Source: Clostridia bacterium (GTDB taxonomy: Bacteria; Bacillota; Clostridia; Oscillospirales; CAG-272). Taken from it: a stretch of DNA of 52,246 nucleotides. Below the pieces are notes generated by a model that saw only the letters and a program-made list of their open reading frames with translations, searched no databases and was not told the origin of the DNA. Of this stretch, positions 46,779-52,246 are shown piece after piece. Location of the stretch: the NCBI GenBank assembly GCA_017452665.1, contig JAFTLZ010000102.1, positions 1 through 52,246 of the forward strand, in the 5' to 3' direction. Positions within the stretch are counted from its first letter, which is position 1; each line of letters opens with the position of its first letter. Position numbers and translations under genes: made by a program.

Positions 46779-47789
46779 ATGAAACCAATGTCAGTGCAAA
46801 AAAAGATCTTGATTCCGGGCGGTACGGGTGCCATGGGAACCTACCTCGTCCCCGAACTGCTGCGTATGGGCTATCGCGTCGATGTCGTCTCTCTGGACGA
46901 TCGCACCTCCGATCATCCCTCCCTGCGTTATTTTCGCGCCAATTTTAAGGAGGACGGCATAGCCGACACCTTTTTGAAAAACGAATACGACGCCATCGTA
47001 GATTTTATGGTATACGGAACCGACGAGTTCTGTGAAAAGGTCTTTCCGCTCATCCGCGGTTGCGGACACTATATTTTCCTGTCCTCCTACCGCGTCTATG
47101 CCAATGAGGAACACCCGATCACCGAGCGCTCTCCGCGGCTACTGGACGTTTCCAAAGATCAAAAATTTCTTGCCACCGACGATTATTCGCTCTACAAAGC
47201 AAGAGGGGAGAACTTTTTAAAGGCATCGGATCTGCCCAACTGGACGGCAATCCGCCCCGCCATCACCTTCTCTCAACGCCGTTATCAGTTGGTCACCTTG
47301 GAGGCACCTTTGGTAGTCGGCCGTGCAAGAGCCGGGAAAAAGGTCGTCCTTCCGCGCGAGGCACTCTCCGTGCAGGCAACCATGACCTGGGCAGGCGACG
47401 TAGCCAAAATGATCGCGCGTCTGCTTTTCAACCCCGCCACCTACCGCGAGATTTATAATGTCTCCACCGCCGAGCACAATACATGGGAAACTGTCGCAAG
47501 CTACTATCAAAGGCTGATCGGCTTGGAGTACGTCGCCGTTGATAAGGAGGACTTTTTAAATCTCGTCACCGACGACACCGAGCATCCGCGCTGGCAGCTG
47601 GAATACGACCGCCTGTTCGATCGCATCGTGGATAACACCAAAATTCTGAACGTCACGGGACTCAAGCAATCCGACCTGACTCCCGTGTACGACGGCTTGG
47701 CGCGGGAGCTGAACGCCTTGCCGCAGAATGTTCTCTTCACCGATGATACCCGAAACGCCAAAATGGACGCCTACCTGAAAACACTGTAA
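46779..47789 (+). CDS. NAD-dependent epimerase/dehydratase family protein
   Basis: N-terminal Rossmann GGTGAMGTY. 336 aa. The ATG at 46788 is an alternative start. Confidence 0.8.
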   Translation: MKPMSVQKKILIPGGTGAMGTYLVPELLRMGYRVDVVSLDDRTSDHPSLRYFRANFKEDGIADTFLKNEYDAIVDFMVYGTDEFCEKVFPLIRGCGHYIFLSSYRVYANEEHPITERSPRLLDVSKDQKFLATDDYSLYKARGENFLKASDLPNWTAIRPAITFSQRRYQLVTLEAPLVVGRARAGKKVVLPREALSVQATMTWAGDVAKMIARLLFNPATYREIYNVSTAEHNTWETVASYYQRLIGLEYVAVDKEDFLNLVTDDTEHPRWQLEYDRLFDRIVDNTKILNVTGLKQSDLTPVYDGLARELNALPQNVLFTDDTRNAKMDAYLKTL

Positions 47790-47802
47790 TCCAAACCGAA
47801 AA

Positions 47803-47850
47803 GGGGATGCGGAACAAATCAAAACGTTTCGCATCTCCGTATTTTTTTCT
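47803..47850 (+). terminator. Rho-independent terminator
   Basis: GGGGATGCGGAAC pairs imperfectly with GTTTCGCATCTCC and is followed by GTATTTTTTT. Confidence 0.6.
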
Positions 47851-47947
47851 GGTTTCAAAAAGACAGGGAGCCTTTCAGATTACTACATAGAATACTGATA
47901 AATTTTATTTCAAAAGCAACAGTTTATTAAATTAACAAAATCTGCTA

Positions 47948-48097
47948 GCCGCTTTTTCTTTTGACGATGTAGGCGCAAAAGAAAAAGCTTGGTAAAAAGA
48001 AAAACGCCGTAAAGGAATTTCGCGCTCTGCGGAGCGCGACAAGGGCGCCGTGCCCTTGACCTCGCCGCCTTTTGAAAAAAGGCGGGCGAAAACTTTT
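47948..48097 (-). ncRNA. Structured multi-hairpin repeat element, copy B (inverted relative to copy A)
   Basis: The reverse complement aligns with 37926-38088. It has the same 12-bp stem GCTTTTTCTTTT/AAAAGAAAAAGC (47951-47988). The other stems are changed in a compensatory way. Confidence 0.5.
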
Positions 48098-48176
48098 ACT
48101 GTTTTTGAAAGTACTAACTCCTTTGTTAGTGAGCTGAGCGGGGAGCCTTTCAGCTCCCCACAAAAATTGTTTGTGC

Positions 48177-48572
48177 TTAAATCAACCCGTAGCGATCCGT
48201 AATGTGCGTCGCCGTAGCGGGCAGCTCCACCTGAATGGAAGCCAGCGCGTCGGAGTAGAGCGAAAAATATTTGTCGCTCATGCGCTCGTTTTCATCTATC
48301 ACCAGCATCGCGGCAAGATAATAGACCGCTGCCGGCGCAAAGATCCCGCAAAGCGGAAATGCTTCACCCAGGTCAATCGCAGCGCCTTCAAACGCTTCCA
48401 CAGCATCCAATCCGTGTGCCAATCTGTATCTCGCATCCAGCGGCGCACATTGCGTCAAACAGGAGGCAAGCAGATAGGGCGCACGCTCGGTATAGTCTTC
48501 CAAATTCTGCGGCAGTGATGGATCCTCACAAACCAAACGCACCGCCGCATCCAAAAGCTCCTGACAGGTCAT
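48177..48572 (-). CDS. Phage protein of unknown function (position suggests head completion/connector)
   Basis: 131 aa, GGAGG RBS, immediately downstream of the capsid gene. Confidence 0.6.
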   Translation of the reverse strand: MTCQELLDAAVRLVCEDPSLPQNLEDYTERAPYLLASCLTQCAPLDARYRLAHGLDAVEAFEGAAIDLGEAFPLCGIFAPAAVYYLAAMLVIDENERMSDKYFSLYSDALASIQVELPATATHITDRYGLI

Positions 48573-48586
48573 TTGTTACCTCCGCA

Positions 48587-49426
48587 TCAAACCGCGTCCG
48601 CGATGTTCAGATCCAAAAGTACCATTTCGGAGGGGTAAACCACCTTCGCACCGTAAAGATGCAAGCCCTTTACCGCATCTGCAAAGCGCAGCTCGGGACG
48701 ATATGCGTCAATCTCGGAGAGCTGCTCCGCAAATGCGATGGCGCGCTTGGTGCGTGCCAGGCACTTGTGCTTGTAGCCGGTGTCGCTTTCGGCTTTGACG
48801 ATGTTGTTGGAAACGTAAATTTTGCAACCGCCGATCGAGCCGATGCAACCGTTTTCCAGCGCGTCACCGTTGTCGCTTGCCAAATTGACCTTCGCCTTCA
48901 GAATCATGCCGGCAATGTCGGGAGAAACCTCGATCACAATGTCCTGCGGATCGGAAACGTTGTTGGTAAAGAGTTTGGTACGCGCATCGATCAGCAGATC
49001 AATAATGTTGTCCACCGTCGTATCCTCGGCAGAAATTTTCACTCCTGCATCGTTGTAAAGATTGTAGATGTAACGGTCTGCGTCGTTTGCCAACGCATTT
49101 GCGGCGTTGCGCATCGCAGCCTCCATCAGCTTCGGGGAAGCCTGCGCACGGTCGATATCGTCGATCTGGAAGTTAAAGTACTTCGCCTGATCAATTACCA
49201 AATCGCGCACGTTGTCGGAGAGGCTGGAGGGAGAACTCATATTGGAATTTTTTGTGTACTCCGAAACGGTCACGGCATTGATGCCGCAAATGCGTACAGT
49301 GTTGCCTTTCTCGCGGATCTCGCCCTCAAAATCGCGGTTGCAGTTGGATACCGCAATGTACTGCTTGTTCAGCTCCTGATACAGATTTTCGCTCCATACA
49401 GTGGGAATAAAGTTTGTAATAGCCAT
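48587..49426 (-). CDS. Phage major capsid protein (P22-coat-like family)
   Basis: The N-terminus MAITNFIPTVWSENLYQEL...NRDFEGEI..KGNTVRI matches my memory of P22 coat-like capsid proteins. It follows the scaffold gene. Confidence 0.75.
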   Translation of the reverse strand: MAITNFIPTVWSENLYQELNKQYIAVSNCNRDFEGEIREKGNTVRICGINAVTVSEYTKNSNMSSPSSLSDNVRDLVIDQAKYFNFQIDDIDRAQASPKLMEAAMRNAANALANDADRYIYNLYNDAGVKISAEDTTVDNIIDLLIDARTKLFTNNVSDPQDIVIEVSPDIAGMILKAKVNLASDNGDALENGCIGSIGGCKIYVSNNIVKAESDTGYKHKCLARTKRAIAFAEQLSEIDAYRPELRFADAVKGLHLYGAKVVYPSEMVLLDLNIADAV

Positions 49427-49483
49427 AATTTTTATCCTTTCTTTTTTAAAAAATATAAAATAATTCTTGTTCTTATTCTAAAA

Positions 49484-50074
49484 TCAGCGCCATTTTTGCA
49501 TAGATCGCATGATTTTTGGCAGATTTGCCCGTACTTCGGTCGCGGACATTGCGCGTACCTCGTCAGGCGAAAATTCTTCGGCTTCCTGTGCTTTCAGTGC
49601 ACCTGCCGAGCGGTTTCGGTTTTCTTCGTTCCGTTGCATTGCCATCTCCTGTGCACAAACCCTGCGCCGTTCCGCCAATGCATAAGCGGCAGCAAGAGAG
49701 GTGCCGCGGGTCTGTACCTCTTCCCAAATGGATGCGGGAAGTGTCGCCACGGGAATCTCGGGATACAGCTTGTAAAACTCCTCGTATTCGCTTTCAATGC
49801 GGCTGAGCACCGCACTTTGCCCCGCAAGCTTTTCCTGCAGGCGCGCTATTTCGGTTCGCAGGTCGGCAAGCTCGTCCTCGTCAGCTTTTGAAACAGCGGG
49901 CTCAGAATCAGGATTAGGATCTGCACCGGAATTTTCAAAAATTGCATCGCCGACAGTCTCTTCCATTGCAGCATCTGCCGATCCTGCTCCTGTCTCTGCG
50001 CTTTGAGAATCCGCACAGCTCCGCGTTGCATCCTCCGAATCCGAATTTTCGATAACAGTTTGATTTTCATTCAT
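49484..50074 (-). CDS. Phage scaffolding protein
   Basis: 196 aa with an acidic, low-complexity N-terminus and a helical coiled-coil region. It lies between the portal and capsid genes. AAAGGAG RBS. Confidence 0.7.
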   Translation of the reverse strand: MNENQTVIENSDSEDATRSCADSQSAETGAGSADAAMEETVGDAIFENSGADPNPDSEPAVSKADEDELADLRTEIARLQEKLAGQSAVLSRIESEYEEFYKLYPEIPVATLPASIWEEVQTRGTSLAAAYALAERRRVCAQEMAMQRNEENRNRSAGALKAQEAEEFSPDEVRAMSATEVRANLPKIMRSMQKWR

Positions 50075-51533
50075 TTTCTGACGCTCCTTTCACAAAAATT
50101 TTTTGGATCATTGCATCCCGGTCGATCAATACCCCGTCGGGTAGCAGCTCCAGATATTGGCGGACATCCAAATGCCCCTTGTCCAACAGCTTGTCCAGCA
50201 CCGTTACGGTTGCCGACGGCGTGTAGCTGCTGAGGCCGTTTACCTGTGCAGTTGCCCGCAAAAGCTCCTTTTTCATCAGCGCAAAATCGGTCTCCTGCGC
50301 GCTCTGCGTGCCGTCTGCATCCAGCGTCACAAGTAGACGCTCGGCAGGGTAGTAGGTGCAAATCATATCCGCCCAAATATCGGCAAGCTCACCGATACAG
50401 CGTTGAAAATTCGCACGCACGTGTGCCAGAGCCAGCTGTGAGGCTTCCTGCAAAGCAAGAATGGCACTTGTGTTGTTCGCTTCCGCGTCGCCAAGAGCTG
50501 CGTCGGTCGCGTTCATCATGCTCTTGGTGTTTTCAATGATGTGCGTGATCAGGTCCAGGTATCCGTCCTGCATCTTGCCCACACCCACCACCGATACCGC
50601 ATCCGCCACGTTTCCGCCGCCCATCGCAGCAATCGCCTCGCCCACCTCATTCGACCAATCCGGGATACGGGATTTGTCATAAACGACCTTGGAGAACGCC
50701 GTGTCGCTCATGTGCTTCATAGCCAATGCATACGCAGAATTGATATACTTTTGGTTTGCAATCATATCGCTGATGGGCGCGCTGCCGTGAAAGCTGTTTT
50801 TGCAATCGTGCCAATGAAAGTAGGCAACAGGGTAGTGGTGCAAGCCCGTGTGTACGCGGCGGATCAGGCAGTAGCGCGTGGACTTTTCAAATACCACCTC
50901 GCCGTTTTCACGGAAAAAGCGGATCAGATAGGTCGTTTTCTCCGCGTTGTTCAGTTCGCATTTTGCAAGATCTCCCGCTTGTAGCTCGGCTTCGCCATCT
51001 CCCGTAATGCGCAAGACGTCGCGCTCGCTTACCCCCGCCTCCAAGGCCTCATGGCGCAGAGATGATACGGTCGCGCGTCCGGAGAGCAGAACGTATTCCT
51101 GTGATTGCAGATCCGAGCAGTTGACGTCCGAAACAAACAGATTGGTACTGTCAATGCGATCGGTGCGGATGTCACCCGTGTAGAGCTGACCATCCGTGTG
51201 GTCGGGATCCCACCAGCAGTAAAATACACCGTCTCCCGAGATTGCCGCATCTAACAGAGCACCGTAGGAGAGTACCTCCATCCGACCCTGTTGCCAACGC
51301 CACAGCGCATTCTTGTTCAAAACCTCGATCCCCTGTAAAATCCGTTCCCGCGCGTCAGGCTCGCGGATAAAGGGGAGCGCGTCGTCCGAGTAGCGGACCG
51401 TAAGATTTTCCGACATCACGCCGGCTACCAGATAATCGGTAATTCTTCGTACCAGGTTAAAAACGGGGCGGGGCAGATCGGTACAAATCCCGTGCCACTG
51501 ATCGCCGCGGTAAAATCTCTCGTTGCGCCGCAC
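50067..51533 (-). CDS. Phage portal protein (true start probably further upstream, near 51620)
   Basis: Portal-typical N-terminal NERFYRGDQW motif, about 490 aa, gene order. The frame stays open upstream to an AAAGGAGG at 51622-51629 (see finding). Confidence 0.8.
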   Translation of the reverse strand: MRRNERFYRGDQWHGICTDLPRPVFNLVRRITDYLVAGVMSENLTVRYSDDALPFIREPDARERILQGIEVLNKNALWRWQQGRMEVLSYGALLDAAISGDGVFYCWWDPDHTDGQLYTGDIRTDRIDSTNLFVSDVNCSDLQSQEYVLLSGRATVSSLRHEALEAGVSERDVLRITGDGEAELQAGDLAKCELNNAEKTTYLIRFFRENGEVVFEKSTRYCLIRRVHTGLHHYPVAYFHWHDCKNSFHGSAPISDMIANQKYINSAYALAMKHMSDTAFSKVVYDKSRIPDWSNEVGEAIAAMGGGNVADAVSVVGVGKMQDGYLDLITHIIENTKSMMNATDAALGDAEANNTSAILALQEASQLALAHVRANFQRCIGELADIWADMICTYYPAERLLVTLDADGTQSAQETDFALMKKELLRATAQVNGLSSYTPSATVTVLDKLLDKGHLDVRQYLELLPDGVLIDRDAMIQKIFVKGASENE

Positions 51534-51632
51534 CGTCTCGTAAAGTCCGATTCGACGCTTGTACTCTTTTCCCGCCTCGTATTCCTGCCATGCTTGAGTA
51601 GTTGGTTGAGAAATAACAATTCCTCCTTTCGT

Positions 51633-52246
51633 TTAAAAATTTGAATAGATTGACAGCCGATAAAGGCTGGTTTTTGCCACGCCCGTAACCGAGATCGAAA
51701 ACCGCAAAAATCGGTGTCTGCCGGTCAGCGCACGGAAATCAAAATACTCGGGAGCCACAGCGTCCGTATGGCCGATCAGGTTTCGGGTCAGTGTACGATT
51801 CTCGGTCTCAGCGCACAGCGTTGCCTCATTCGCGCCGATGCTCGCCACCAGCGAAAGACGCAACGACCGCCGCACAAGCTCGGGGGAGCCAAAGTCGAAA
51901 TATCCGCTTCGATAGTACGCCGTAATTGCATTGCCGTCATCCGCGGCAAGCGTGTCGTCAAAAACGTAAACCGTACTACCGCCAAAAAAGCAGACCCCGT
52001 AGCCCGTGGTCGAAAACAGATCCGCACCGATGCCGTCAAAGCGGAGCCACTCCTCACGGGATAGACTGTATACCCACACCGTACCGCTGTCATCCAACCG
52101 ATCTCTGACCCACAGCTCCTCGCGAGCCGCGTCCCAGAACACGGTGGTACGTCTTGCAAATCCTGATGGTAAGAGCGCCGAGATCGGCTCGGAGATCTTT
52201 TCGCAGCTAATGTTTTCAGGATGTGACGCACTTGCTTTGAGCCAAA
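51633..52246 (-). CDS. Phage-associated protein, 5' end outside window
   Basis: The frame is open from 52142 to the window edge with no stop. The C-terminal part is beta-rich and is not terminase-like by eye. Confidence 0.6.
   Translation of the reverse strand, partial: WLKASASHPENISCEKISEPISALLPSGFARRTTVFWDAAREELWVRDRLDDSGTVWVYSLSREEWLRFDGIGADLFSTTGYGVCFFGGSTVYVFDDTLAADDGNAITAYYRSGYFDFGSPELVRRSLRLSLVASIGANEATLCAETENRTLTRNLIGHTDAVAPEYFDFRALTGRHRFLRFSISVTGVAKTSLYRLSIYSNF

Larger units (their letters stand above)
48177..52246 (-). mobile_element. Prophage or phage-remnant head-morphogenesis module (continues beyond the window)
   Basis: Co-linear minus-strand genes in the order unknown structural-like protein, portal, scaffold, major capsid, small head-associated protein. 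They are tightly packed or overlapping. Confidence 0.65.

Overview
The window looks like a chromosomal segment from a GC-rich Clostridia-type Firmicute (AGGAGG ribosome-binding sites, consensus TTGACA/TATAAT promoters, AdhE, rubredoxin, desulfoferrodoxin). About 36 kb is ordinary housekeeping DNA. It holds a 5'-truncated ABC exporter and an oxidative-stress cluster (rubredoxin-ferritin-desulfoferrodoxin, a divergent Crp/Fnr regulator, thioredoxin-ZIP). It also holds adhE, nagA, a 1247-aa modular lipoprotein, a long minus-strand operon (yerC-like/methyltransferase/hslO/PHP/glcK), coaW, rqcH, trxB, trkAH, a MATE pump, a THUMP methyltransferase and asd. The standout region is an AT-rich accessory island of about 8.6 kb (about 36.2-44.8 kb) between asd and an AraC regulator. 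It is built from four cassettes. Each cassette ends in the same palindromic hairpin (CCCGCCAACC...GGTTGGCGGG). Three of them are headed by a reused module of about 120 bp (hairpin plus a perfect TTGACA-N17-TGnTATAAT promoter), and the fourth has its own consensus promoter. Together the cassettes encode 15 small orphan proteins (membrane proteins, lipoproteins, small soluble proteins) with no recognisable enzyme or mobility gene. I read it as a candidate integron-like or acquired-immunity-like cassette array. This is inference only. A structured non-coding element of about 150-160 bp occurs twice in inverted orientation (37.9 kb and 48.0 kb) with compensatory stem changes. The last 4 kb is the head module of a prophage on the minus strand (portal, scaffold, P22-coat-like capsid) and runs off the window. 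Smaller observations are a shared TGTGAC-N3-GTCACA operator at about -41.5 of two redox promoters, a gene interrupted by an in-frame TGA, a probable homopolymer frameshift, and a recent 276-bp tandem duplication. No rRNA, tRNA or CRISPR array was seen.
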